Assembly: GCA_965369605.1 (NCBI GenBank)
Contig: CBDURE010000013.1
Location: 1 to 43,124 of the forward strand
Origin: an uncultured bacterium
Lineage (GTDB): Bacteria > JAJVIF01 > JAGGVT01
Length of the DNA stretch: 43,124 nucleotides
Reading direction: 5' to 3'
Numbering within the stretch: position 1 is the first letter of the stretch; the number at the start of each line of letters is the position of its first letter. Below, one piece after another: positions 29,355 through 38,801 of the stretch. A program made the position numbers and the translations under genes. Below the pieces are notes generated by a model, which worked only from the letters and a program-made list of their open reading frames with translations, made no database searches and had not been told where the DNA came from.

Positions 29355-29680
29355 CTCGTAGCGCTGATGTCCCATCGGCTGTGTCCGAAACGTCCCGTTT
29401 CGCTTTTTTTATTATATCGACGAGACGTCGATGACACAGCCGATGGGACGGGGCTGTTGAAAAAGGATAGGTTTTAATGTAACCCGGTCATGCCGTCCCG
29501 TGCCCAGTTGACAATTTTCTATAATGTATATTAGGCATGCCGGGGAGGTGGCTATTTACGCGGAACCCCGGCATGCCTGATTCACCTAATAGGTAATTGT
29601 TGATTTTATTCGGGACGGCATGACCGGGTTACGGTCGAAATAACCTTTTTCAACAGCCCCGGGGACATCAGCGCTACGAG
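29355..29680. repeat. Complex nested-palindrome element: 19-bp outer inverted repeat (ctcgtagcgctgatgtccc) enclosing an internal hairpin and two opposed MITE-family-2 copies
   Basis: Outer IR 29355-29373 / 29662-29680; inner cccatcggctgtgtc/gacacagccgatggg; MITE2 copies 29479-29545 (-) and 29567-29633 (+). Confidence 0.7.
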
Positions 29681-29694
29681 AATAATATAAAAGC

Positions 29695-30762
29695 TTATTC
29701 TTTGAAAACGCTTTCTCTTAATGCTTCGAGAAATTCGTCGGTTATATGCGTCGCGAAGAAAAACACGATTCCGTCCGCGTTTTCCTCTCTCGATATGGCG
29801 ACCTGTTCTACAACTTCATCAGGTGTGCTATGGCTATGGCCTTTGATTTGAATTCCGGCGGTAACGAGACATTTGCCTTTGCCAACATCCATAGCGGCTT
29901 GAGTATATTTACGGAAAACGTTAGGATTTTTTGTGTACAGCATGGGGCAAATCATATCGACGATTCCCTCATCAACCCATGCCTGCCAATCCTGCCCAAT
30001 TAGAAGTTTTGCCGATTCGTGATCGGGAAAAACCGCGACAGACAGTGGAATATCCTTGCCGGACTTTTTGATGGTGGCTTTGACATCGCGGACATAACTT
30101 GTTACACGATCCGCGTTCCATCTGCACCACTCGCACCAGATAACACTTCCGCTGTTGAGCCATCTCAATTCCATCGGGTCTTTGCCGAATTCATCCTTGA
30201 ACTCCTTCAGAGTAACATCATCGTAACTGTATCCCTGGTGAGTCTGGTAGCGGATTCCATCGAGTTGGATGCCGTCAACGTCATACTCCAGCGCTTCCGT
30301 AATTTTACTCAGCGCGAGTTCCTTTGCACCTTCGGCAGGGAAATTCAGCCAGATATTATCCTCGTTCATGTTTTTCATAATCCATTCGGGATGCTCGTCC
30401 AATTGTTCCTGCCATTCCGGGAACATGTTATCGGGGCAACAGATTGCATGGACTTTCATGTTTCTTGAGTGAGCCTCATCAATCAAAACCTGCAGGAAAT
30501 CATAATCCTTGTTGTGCTGGCATTTCAGAATGGAGAAACAGTAGAGGTTATTGATTCCGATTGAATCGAGAGTATCGAGCATTTTCCTGATTCCTGCCAG
30601 CCCTTTGTCTGTGTCGCTGTCGAACGATGAGGAAGACATCCAGACACCGCGAATTTCATCGGCTTTCGGTTGAATTGATGCTTGTGCAGCGCCTGTTTGG
30701 TTGATGCATAAAACAAGCAGGAGGGCGAGCATCAGAGTTTTGGTGATTGTTGTGAATTTCAT
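29695..30762 (-). CDS. Secreted GHL10-like protein, paralog of 23121-24239
   Basis: Signal peptide; YDVDGIQLDGIRY motif; collinear similarity to the other copy. Confidence 0.55.
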   Translation of the reverse strand: MKFTTITKTLMLALLLVLCINQTGAAQASIQPKADEIRGVWMSSSSFDSDTDKGLAGIRKMLDTLDSIGINNLYCFSILKCQHNKDYDFLQVLIDEAHSRNMKVHAICCPDNMFPEWQEQLDEHPEWIMKNMNEDNIWLNFPAEGAKELALSKITEALEYDVDGIQLDGIRYQTHQGYSYDDVTLKEFKDEFGKDPMELRWLNSGSVIWCEWCRWNADRVTSYVRDVKATIKKSGKDIPLSVAVFPDHESAKLLIGQDWQAWVDEGIVDMICPMLYTKNPNVFRKYTQAAMDVGKGKCLVTAGIQIKGHSHSTPDEVVEQVAISREENADGIVFFFATHITDEFLEALRESVFKE

Positions 30763-30780
30763 GGTTTACTCTCCTTAAGA

Positions 30781-30980
30781 TGGATTCCGGGTCAAGCCCG
30801 GAATGACATTAAATGCAATGATGATATATTGTCATTCTGAACTTGATTCAGAATCCATCTTTTTCCGGTAATGGGATGGATTCCGGGTCAAGCCCGGAAT
30901 GACATAAAATGCAATCCCGGAATGCCATTGAACGCCTATAATGGCTATTGAATGTCTGGAATGACATTAAATGTAATCGC
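30781..30980. repeat. Cluster of REP-like hairpins: two tandem 37-bp units ggattccgggtcaagcccggaatgacat(t/a)aaatgcaat plus a gtcattctgaa...ttcagaatcc hairpin and partial third unit
   Basis: Units at 30783-30819 and 30878-30914 read directly; same gtcattcc/ggaatgac core as the other REP-like copies. Confidence 0.7.
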
Positions 30981-30984
30981 GGAT

Positions 30985-33267
30985 TTAGGGATTCAATCTC
31001 CGCATTGCTTTTTCAATCTGTGTTGTGCCCAGTACGAACCATGCGCTGTTTCGCGCCCAGTATTCGTTGCTGGAATAGACGTAAGTCCATCCGCGGACAT
31101 CGCAGTCGATTATCGGATAGTCCACAGGGACATCGGCAAGCACAATGTTTTTAGTGTCAGTATCGCCAAGATAGAATGGCTCGCCGGTTCCACATTTGAT
31201 TCCGTTTAGTATTCCGCCGGGTACGATGCCATCCACGCAGCTTTCCATGAAACAGTAGCGGTGATGGAAACATCCGGGACCGAATCCGACTCCAGCCATC
31301 ATTGAAATATCGGGTGCATTGAATCCGGTAATCCACTGGATTTGATGTTCCGCAGCTTCGAGATATTTGGGTTCATCGCACAGGATTGCAGCTGTTGCCA
31401 GTCCCCATGCGAATGCGCTGATACGTCTGTTGCCATGCTCGTATCTCATATTCAGCAGTTTGCCGTCTTTATTCACGCCGCCAACCAGTCCGAAATTATT
31501 CATGTTTGTGAAATTCATAGTGAGGTCAGCCCAGCGTTTGAAAGCCTGTTTTATTTTAACGTTCAGACTGCTGTCTGGATTCTGCTTGAAGAAATCATAC
31601 AGTGCGAGCATGTGGAATCGGCATTCGACATACTTATCCGATGTTCTTGCTTCATCGAAATAGAAACTGCCATCCTCAGCCTGAAGCGCGAGGAGATTTT
31701 CTGTAAATGCAAGAGCATCTTTTTGATATTTTTCATCGTTGGTTACTTGATAGAGGTCGATTGCCGACTTTAAAAGTCCGGCTTGAATCCAGAGGTATGA
31801 ATTTTGCTTTTTCTCGTATTCCGGTTTTGACAAATCGACGGCTTTGTCCAGCTCATAGACCTCTTTTGCAACTGAGATGCACCGGTCGCTGAGTTTTTTG
31901 TCATAGGGCATAACCTGCCGTCCGACTTTTGCAGCGGCTGCGCCCATGTGGCTGATTCCAGGTCCGCGTGAACCGCCATAATAGTTGTTTTCAAGCATTT
32001 CCGCTATGGTGACAATTCTGGGCGATTCTTTTTCAGGAGCGCCGAGCCATGTGCAGACATCCTCGAAATCCGCGGTGAATCCGGCGTGAAACTTGCCATC
32101 CCAATAGCCTTTGCACAGATATTCCGCTCCCCATGCGGCTTCGTCAAGGACGTCAGGTTTTGCGGTTCGGTTGCTGACGAACTCATCGCCGAGTTCATCC
32201 TGCAGATTTGCCAGCGCGATAATGCTGATTGTGGTAGGTCCAATCCATTTGCCGTAATCGCCGGCATCATGCCATCCGCCGGTAACATCGACTTTCGTGC
32301 CGTCAAGTTTGATAACCGTATCCTGCATGTGGCAGGCTTTGTGGAATCCCGGAATCTCCATGCCGCATCGCTGGTAGTAATACCAATCCGCCGCTTTCTT
32401 TGAAAGTTCGCGATACAGATTTTTCTTGATGGGGAAAACCTCTGAATCGACAACCTCTTTTGTTTCGTTCACTCGGAGCCTGAGATAATATAAACCGGGC
32501 GTTTTGAAATCGGAGAAATCAGCGATGTAGTTGTTTCCGCCCCAGATATGGAATCCGGTATATTTAAACTGTCCCGTATAGATAACCGGCTGCGGTGCGG
32601 GATGCTGCCTGTTACGGGTGGCATCCAGCAGCTCGAATGTGCCTGAAAGATTCTTTGAGTTTGCCCAGATTACCGCTGTTTTTGTGCCGTTGATATCATA
32701 ACCGGCGTGGCAGATGATCGGCTTGAGTGTTTTCTGTGCGATAATCTGTCCGCTTGCCAGTTTGGACCAGCTGTCGATTTGCGGACGGATTCGCCTTAGT
32801 GTCCTTGCTTGTTTGATTCTATCCTCGGTTGTGAGTTCGCCTCTATTCCCAAGCCTTCGCGATGTCGCTTTCATCTCAAGGATTTTGGGGTAGTCTGTTA
32901 CTTCCACATTGTAAATCATTTTGTCGTTTATGAATTTGTAACCAATCTCTTTCTCTTTTCCGGTTTTCGTGTCAATCACAACCGGCATGCCTCTCATGAG
33001 GAAATAGACAGGGTCAAATTCAAGAGTTGTTTTCACAGGTTTGGAGGGGGATTTATCGAGCTGGAAAATCACTCTTAGCATTACGTCATTTTGGTAGAGT
33101 GCCGCGCTCCATTTTATCCCGTCGATGTCGAGAGTAACCGGGATGTCATCGCGTAATGTCCATGCATCATCGAGGATATCGCCCGATTTTTCCTGCGTGG
33201 CGATTGTCGCTCCTGTCAGCATCAGTAAAACCAAAATACCAATCAGTATCATTCTCAGAGTTCTCAT
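30985..33267 (-). CDS. Secreted GH9 endoglucanase with N-terminal Ig-like domain, paralog of 25068-27326
   Basis: VTGGWHDAGDYGKW signature; signal peptide. Confidence 0.8.
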   Translation of the reverse strand: MRTLRMILIGILVLLMLTGATIATQEKSGDILDDAWTLRDDIPVTLDIDGIKWSAALYQNDVMLRVIFQLDKSPSKPVKTTLEFDPVYFLMRGMPVVIDTKTGKEKEIGYKFINDKMIYNVEVTDYPKILEMKATSRRLGNRGELTTEDRIKQARTLRRIRPQIDSWSKLASGQIIAQKTLKPIICHAGYDINGTKTAVIWANSKNLSGTFELLDATRNRQHPAPQPVIYTGQFKYTGFHIWGGNNYIADFSDFKTPGLYYLRLRVNETKEVVDSEVFPIKKNLYRELSKKAADWYYYQRCGMEIPGFHKACHMQDTVIKLDGTKVDVTGGWHDAGDYGKWIGPTTISIIALANLQDELGDEFVSNRTAKPDVLDEAAWGAEYLCKGYWDGKFHAGFTADFEDVCTWLGAPEKESPRIVTIAEMLENNYYGGSRGPGISHMGAAAAKVGRQVMPYDKKLSDRCISVAKEVYELDKAVDLSKPEYEKKQNSYLWIQAGLLKSAIDLYQVTNDEKYQKDALAFTENLLALQAEDGSFYFDEARTSDKYVECRFHMLALYDFFKQNPDSSLNVKIKQAFKRWADLTMNFTNMNNFGLVGGVNKDGKLLNMRYEHGNRRISAFAWGLATAAILCDEPKYLEAAEHQIQWITGFNAPDISMMAGVGFGPGCFHHRYCFMESCVDGIVPGGILNGIKCGTGEPFYLGDTDTKNIVLADVPVDYPIIDCDVRGWTYVYSSNEYWARNSAWFVLGTTQIEKAMRRLNP

Positions 33268-33441
33268 TTTTTAATTCTCCATGTGTTTCATTAAGTTTGA
33301 ATGGGTAACATTATGAAGATTTCGATAGCATTATGCAAACTTCGTGTTTGATTTCAACTTTTTTAATTGATGCCTTTGCTTTGCCCGGAGCGGCAAAATG
33401 TTATAGAATGATGAAACCAAGCTTACAGGAAAGGCTGAGGG

Positions 33442-34332
33442 ATGCCAGAGAAATCAGGCGATAAAAAAATTGAGCGAATAGCTCTGAGATACCAGCCCAA
33501 CAACACACGCGCTATCGATGCGAGCGGCGTTATTTTGCCGTACCTCAGAAGCAGGCATATCGAGGTTGAGATCCTTCACGCCGATCCTGAACCATGTGAG
33601 ATTCATCCCCACAACTCTGATGAGATTTCAATACTTAACCGGATCGATTTGATAATCTCGCTTGGCGGGGATGGCACTTTCCTGTCAACCAGCCGGCTGG
33701 CATCGCGAAGGGCCATTCCGGTTTTTGGCGTTTATCTGGGCGGGCTTGGATTCCTTACCGAGGTGCCGCTGGCAAACGCGTTGAAAGGATTGGAAAAGGT
33801 GCTCAAAGGCGATTTCCAAATTGAGGAACGCCTGATGATTGAAACTGAACTTGAATATAACGGCAGCAAGGCGACTTATGTCGCGTTCAACGATATTGTG
33901 TTCCACAGAATTTCACTTCACCGGATGGTTGTAATCGAGGTTTTCATCGACCGGCATCCGGTTGTCTCGTACGAGGCGGATGGCCTGATTGTATCGACAC
34001 CGACCGGCAGCACGGCGTATTCGCTGTCCAGCGGAGGTTCGATTCTCTGGCCTGACCTCGATGCGCTAATAATAACCCCAATCAGCCCCCACACATTAAG
34101 CAGCCGCCCCCTGATTGTACCCGCCGACAAGGTAATCGAAGTTCGCTGCCCGGTAGCGAACAAATCGGAAATATCGGTCATGCTGGACGGGCAGTTGTCG
34201 TGCAGTTATAACTACCCCATTGCGTTCAACATACGTAAAAGCGCCACCAAGGCAAGATTAATCAGGCTGGGCGAAAAACGCTTCGGCGACATTTTGCGGG
34301 AGAAGTTGAGCTGGGGTAGGAGGTTTAGGTAG
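33442..34332 (+). CDS. nadK: NAD(+) kinase
   Basis: GGDGT(F)L motif, NDIV, DGLIVSTPTGSTAYSLSSGG conserved NAD kinase motifs. Confidence 0.8.
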   Translation: MPEKSGDKKIERIALRYQPNNTRAIDASGVILPYLRSRHIEVEILHADPEPCEIHPHNSDEISILNRIDLIISLGGDGTFLSTSRLASRRAIPVFGVYLGGLGFLTEVPLANALKGLEKVLKGDFQIEERLMIETELEYNGSKATYVAFNDIVFHRISLHRMVVIEVFIDRHPVVSYEADGLIVSTPTGSTAYSLSSGGSILWPDLDALIITPISPHTLSSRPLIVPADKVIEVRCPVANKSEISVMLDGQLSCSYNYPIAFNIRKSATKARLIRLGEKRFGDILREKLSWGRRFR

Positions 34333-34435
34333 TCGGGGGGGATTTCCTTTTTTGTGAATTGACAAGGCTGTATGTTCAAGAGGGTACTTATAACGGGCGA
34401 TATGAAAGGGTGCTGTTCTCAATGGCAAAGCAAAA

Positions 34436-35377
34436 TCAGTCAAACAAGGAAAAGAGTTCGTTGATTTGTTCTTGATGATACTTACCGATAGAGCTGGTAT
34501 CAGAAGCATCCCCAAGATTGAAACAATTTTGGTTTTTTATTTGCTCCACATTCTGTTTAAGGCTCATCGACCCATGGGTATAGTTTTCTTCATCATACTT
34601 TAAAAGCAAGATACTGTGAGCCATCTGAGAAGAACGTGAATCGCCTTGATATTTAATCGAAGGTGCTTGAATTAACCGACAATTTCCTTTATTTTGAGGA
34701 TTAGTTATTTCTTTCCAAACTACTAAATGCCAATGTTTAACATCTTTTATATCAACATTATTTCTCAATTCAACTATTGATCTAAAGGATTCGCAAAAAT
34801 CAGACTTTGCCTGTTGGTTGCGGATAGCCATGTTAAATGTTAGTAGTAAAAGAATATAATGGCTTTTCTTGTTTGCTCCTGATAATAATTGCCTGATCTT
34901 CATAAGTAATGCTTCAATAACTTCTCGTTTTAGAATCTTTGTTATCTTCGACTCGTTTCTTAATGATTTTTCCTTATAATAAGTATCGCAAAAATCCAAG
35001 TTAATTAATGATAGATCAGGTGGTATATCAAGAGGTTTGTTGCTAAACATGCATTTTCCATTTTCGCAAATAAGTGATTCAACGGACCCAAAGAACAATT
35101 CATACTGATGATTGTGGAGATATAATTCAAACTTCAATTCCCACTCACCGTATTTTTTCATTTTTTCTTCTTCATTCAAATCTTCCAAGTTCTCATTATA
35201 TTCAATTGCGATGATCTTTTTCAAATTATCCTTCCAAGCTAAAACATCATGTATATCCAATCCTGGGAGTCCCAAATAAACCAGTCCATCATTGCCATTT
35301 GCCTGTTTAACCTTTTCAATATATGTTATATCTATGTGCTCTCTTATGAATTGCTTGTTTGGTGAATCAAAAGCCAT
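34436..35377 (-). CDS. Hypothetical protein (313 aa), partner translationally coupled to the GHKL ATPase; AT-rich island gene
   Basis: Start 1 nt after upstream stop; no recognisable motif; K/N/I-rich composition. Confidence 0.5.
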   Translation of the reverse strand: MAFDSPNKQFIREHIDITYIEKVKQANGNDGLVYLGLPGLDIHDVLAWKDNLKKIIAIEYNENLEDLNEEEKMKKYGEWELKFELYLHNHQYELFFGSVESLICENGKCMFSNKPLDIPPDLSLINLDFCDTYYKEKSLRNESKITKILKREVIEALLMKIRQLLSGANKKSHYILLLLTFNMAIRNQQAKSDFCESFRSIVELRNNVDIKDVKHWHLVVWKEITNPQNKGNCRLIQAPSIKYQGDSRSSQMAHSILLLKYDEENYTHGSMSLKQNVEQIKNQNCFNLGDASDTSSIGKYHQEQINELFSLFD

Positions 35378-35378
35378 A

Positions 35379-37046
35379 TTATTCTCCTCCTAATATAATA
35401 ATTTGAATGTCTGAATATACAGATTCCAGTTCAGATTGTGTTAACCTTTCCTCAAGAATGGAGTCAATCAATTTAAATACTTCTATTAGCTCGTCATTTT
35501 TGCCATGTGCACAATAATCATTTTGCAGCATAATCGACAAAATACTGTCAATGATTTCATCAGAGGTAATTGCTTCTTTTGCCTTTTCAATTTCTTTATC
35601 TGCTTGCTTCACAATATCATCAATCTTTTTACTTGATATTTCTTTATCCCGGGTAGAATATTTTTTTCGTTTTTGTATTCGATCTTTAATTCGTTTGGAA
35701 AGGACCTTTATTAATTCCTTAAGCTTCTTTTCTATATTCACATAATAAACACTGTGTGGCTGGGTTTCGATATCAAACCTACCATCAAGGGCATTTTTAT
35801 AATCTCTCCAGGATTTTAATTTATTTTTGGCATTTTCAATGCGATTCTTGTACATTAGCAAATCATCTGTTTTAGGATATTCAGAAATTTGTTCATGAAT
35901 ACTCGCCAGTTCATTTTTTGAATCCTCCAACCTTTCAGAAGATACATAATGATTATGGACTTTAGAAGAGTCCTCGCAGATGGTTCTAACGAGTTTGTCC
36001 AGGATTTTATTCAACTCAACTGATGTTGGACTGGGTTCAAAATCATCTCTTCCAGCTAGTGGTCGAAGGTCATCATGAGGTTCTATTAGAATCTCGCCTG
36101 TAGCTCTAATGTATTTAGAATGGTTAACAGAGAATTTTCTAAGGTAATCTCTATTACCAATAGAGAACCCCTTATATTTTACTAGCAGTCCTCTTATATT
36201 CATGTCTTTGAAAGGTAGTTTTGAATCATTAAAAACAGCCCATGCGTAAACATTCAATTTAACATTATTATCGGATTCGTAGTAAAAAAGTGGTCCAAGA
36301 CCTTGTTCGGTAAGGAATATTTTATTTGTGTATGGTCGATTTTGGGGAACATCATCAATGAAAATATCAACTTTACCGCTAAAATCTTTATTATATTCTG
36401 TGATACTAGATTCGAAAGAAAAAGTCGGATCAAATTTCAAAGGTACCGTGTTTTGTAGATATTCATTGAATCTATTTCTGTCTTTCATGTATTTATGCAT
36501 TTCAAGATCAAGGCCACTTAAGATTACCTTTGTTCCTTTAGATGTTGATACAGCGTCTGATGCATGATTCCCTATCTCAATTGAATCGCTGAGAAGATCA
36601 ACTAAACTAAGATGTTTTGTTGATTCTGTTAGTCGTGATTGTTGAATTTCATCAAGTTTAGTCTTCATATTTTCAAAATCGATTTTTAAGAATAAGGATC
36701 CACCTTTTTTCTTTTGTGTTAGCAAAATAAGTTGATCACAGTATGGAAATGCGCTAAAAATCCCGATTCCTCGAAAACCAACATTCACTCGTGGATCTTT
36801 TGTGGAAATCCCAAGTTTCTTTGCATCAGATAATTGCTTCATATTCATACCATCACCATCATCAACAATCACGATTGAATGAGGGTTTATTTTTATATCA
36901 ATTTTCGATGGATTGGAATCTATGCTATTCTGGATATATTCCCTGATTGAATCAAGAGGATGAACATATATTCCTTTTGTAAGAATCGATATAAGTTCAC
37001 TACCGATATCATCCTTTGTGAAGTTGGGAACTTTGATAGATTTCAT
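35379..37046 (-). CDS. GHKL-superfamily (MORC/HATPase_c_3-like) ATPase with long C-terminal coiled-coil region
   Basis: Bergerat-fold motifs in order: N-box EYIQNSID (ExxxNxxD), G1 DDGDGM (DxGxG), G2 GFRGIG (GxxGxG); start set at MKSIKVP (ggag RBS) rather than ORF-track Met at 37175, which would leave only 23 bp to the divergent gene. Confidence 0.7.
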   Translation of the reverse strand: MKSIKVPNFTKDDIGSELISILTKGIYVHPLDSIREYIQNSIDSNPSKIDIKINPHSIVIVDDGDGMNMKQLSDAKKLGISTKDPRVNVGFRGIGIFSAFPYCDQLILLTQKKKGGSLFLKIDFENMKTKLDEIQQSRLTESTKHLSLVDLLSDSIEIGNHASDAVSTSKGTKVILSGLDLEMHKYMKDRNRFNEYLQNTVPLKFDPTFSFESSITEYNKDFSGKVDIFIDDVPQNRPYTNKIFLTEQGLGPLFYYESDNNVKLNVYAWAVFNDSKLPFKDMNIRGLLVKYKGFSIGNRDYLRKFSVNHSKYIRATGEILIEPHDDLRPLAGRDDFEPSPTSVELNKILDKLVRTICEDSSKVHNHYVSSERLEDSKNELASIHEQISEYPKTDDLLMYKNRIENAKNKLKSWRDYKNALDGRFDIETQPHSVYYVNIEKKLKELIKVLSKRIKDRIQKRKKYSTRDKEISSKKIDDIVKQADKEIEKAKEAITSDEIIDSILSIMLQNDYCAHGKNDELIEVFKLIDSILEERLTQSELESVYSDIQIIILGGE

Positions 37047-37198
37047 TTTAAGACTCCGAAGTATTTCAGAGATATTTAAGAATTCTAGAACTGAAATTAT
37101 ACCAAAGCAAGAGCTCAGCTCATAGGAGAAATGTGTTTTCACCATGTCGTTCATGCTTGACAATATCGCGGTCATAATGTTAGCTTTCTGTTATTAAA

Positions 37199-38566
37199 AT
37201 GAAAAAGATACTTTTGATAGAACCAGATTATCGTTCAAAGTTTCCCCCTTTGGGATTGATGAAGATCTCTACCTTTCATAAGAATCGCGGTGATTGCGTT
37301 GCTTTTGCTCGTGGAAGAGAAGAAAATCTTAAAGCAGTAACATGGGACAGAATCTATATTTCTTCGCTATTTACGTGGGAATTGCCAAGAACATTAAAGA
37401 CAATTAAATATTACAAAGATTCGGTTACGTGCAGCAATGACTTAATAGTTGGTGGAACTGCAGTTACATTGAAACCAGATTTCATTTTGGATAATATCAA
37501 TTGCACAGTTGTGAAGGGACAGTTAGACAAACCAGGACTACTCGGTGCGAAAACACCAGCGATTGCCAACTTTGTGCCAGATTACTCGATTCTTGAAGAT
37601 GTTGATTTTGAATATAAACCTAAAGACGCGTATTTTTGCCGTATTACAAAGGGATGCGTTAGGAAATGCAAGTTTTGTGCGGTTCCGAAATTAGAACCAA
37701 CTTTTGGTTTTAATGGTGATGTGTTGAGTCAGGTTCGCAAAATTAAAAAGTTACATGGTGAAAAGCATGATTTGGTCATCCTGGATAATAATATTCTTGG
37801 GATAGATCGATTTGAAGAGATTATTACAAAGATAAAAAAATGTGGCTTTGAGAAAGATAGTAAACTGAATGGAAAGAAACGTGGTGTCGATTTCAATCAA
37901 GGCATTGATGCCAGGCTCATTAACTCGAAAAACGCAAAACTACTTGCATCAGTGTGCTTGTCGCCAGTTCGTTTGGCTTTCGATTTTGATGGTATGGAAA
38001 GAAAATATCGCAAGGCGGTACACACATTAGAAAATGTAGGATTTAGAACGTTCACGAATTATTGCCTTTTCAACTTTGAGGATTCACCGAGAAGTTTATA
38101 TCATAGACTAAGAGTAAACATTGAGCTGAATCGAGAATTAGGAATCAGGATAACTGGCTTTCCGATGCGTTACATACCTATAGATAGCATTAATCGTCGA
38201 CATATCGGACCAGAATGGCGATGGAAGTATTTAAGAGGAATTCAGTGCATTTTGCTCGCCACAAGAGGTCTTGTCAGCCCTAATCCTGCGTTTTTTGAAG
38301 CATCATTCGGTGAATCATATGAAAAATTCATTGAAATTATTTCAATGCCTGATAGATACATAATCTATAGAAATAAAAATAAAGAGGACGCAAAAGCTTG
38401 GCGTAGGAGATTCATTCACCTTAGCAGAGGAAGTAAAGAAGAATTATTTGAAATCCTTAAGAAGTTGAACAGCAGTCGAACTAGGAAAAAGAACATCATG
38501 GAGCACAAAAAGTTTCTAGGGCTTTTAGAGCACTACTATCCAAATGGTGAAATACATTATGAATAA
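37199..38566 (+). CDS. B12-binding-domain radical SAM protein (class B rSAM-like)
   Basis: N-terminal KILLIEPDY...PPLGL motif typical of cobalamin-binding domain of class B rSAM; CxxxCxxC cluster CVRKCKFC; divergent from GHKL operon; AT-rich. Confidence 0.65.
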   Translation: MKKILLIEPDYRSKFPPLGLMKISTFHKNRGDCVAFARGREENLKAVTWDRIYISSLFTWELPRTLKTIKYYKDSVTCSNDLIVGGTAVTLKPDFILDNINCTVVKGQLDKPGLLGAKTPAIANFVPDYSILEDVDFEYKPKDAYFCRITKGCVRKCKFCAVPKLEPTFGFNGDVLSQVRKIKKLHGEKHDLVILDNNILGIDRFEEIITKIKKCGFEKDSKLNGKKRGVDFNQGIDARLINSKNAKLLASVCLSPVRLAFDFDGMERKYRKAVHTLENVGFRTFTNYCLFNFEDSPRSLYHRLRVNIELNRELGIRITGFPMRYIPIDSINRRHIGPEWRWKYLRGIQCILLATRGLVSPNPAFFEASFGESYEKFIEIISMPDRYIIYRNKNKEDAKAWRRRFIHLSRGSKEELFEILKKLNSSRTRKKNIMEHKKFLGLLEHYYPNGEIHYE

Positions 38567-38605
38567 TAATCCAGCTTAAAAGGTGAATATCCTTCTAACC
38601 TCTCT

Positions 38606-38700
38606 AATCCTCGTCCTCTTCCTTATCCGATTTGCGGCGGTCTATTATTTTTTGGGCCGCTTCGTGGCCTGCTTCGTCGTAGTGGCTGAACTCGATTTCG
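38606..38700. repeat. 95-bp direct repeat A: degenerate duplicate (5 mismatches) of the last about 95 nt, including the stop, of the EF-G-like gene; partner B at 39310-39405
   Basis: taatcctcGtcctcttccttatccgatttgcggcggtcT... vs taatcctcAtcctcttccttatccgatttgcggcggtcG... Confidence 0.8.
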
Positions 38701-38801
38701 AATGTGGTAAACGCCCCCCTCTTATTAAGGTTTAAGAAAAATTGAAGAGAATTTTTCATTTCTTGCAGCGATTTTCGCTTCGGTGCCGTCTATTAGGCAC
38801 G

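Noticed and set aside
37047-37175. Longer N-terminus of the GHKL ATPase (ORF-track start at 37175)
   Set aside because: It would leave only 23 bp between divergent genes and lacks an RBS. The Met at 37046 has a ggag RBS and leaves a plausible 150-bp divergent promoter region.
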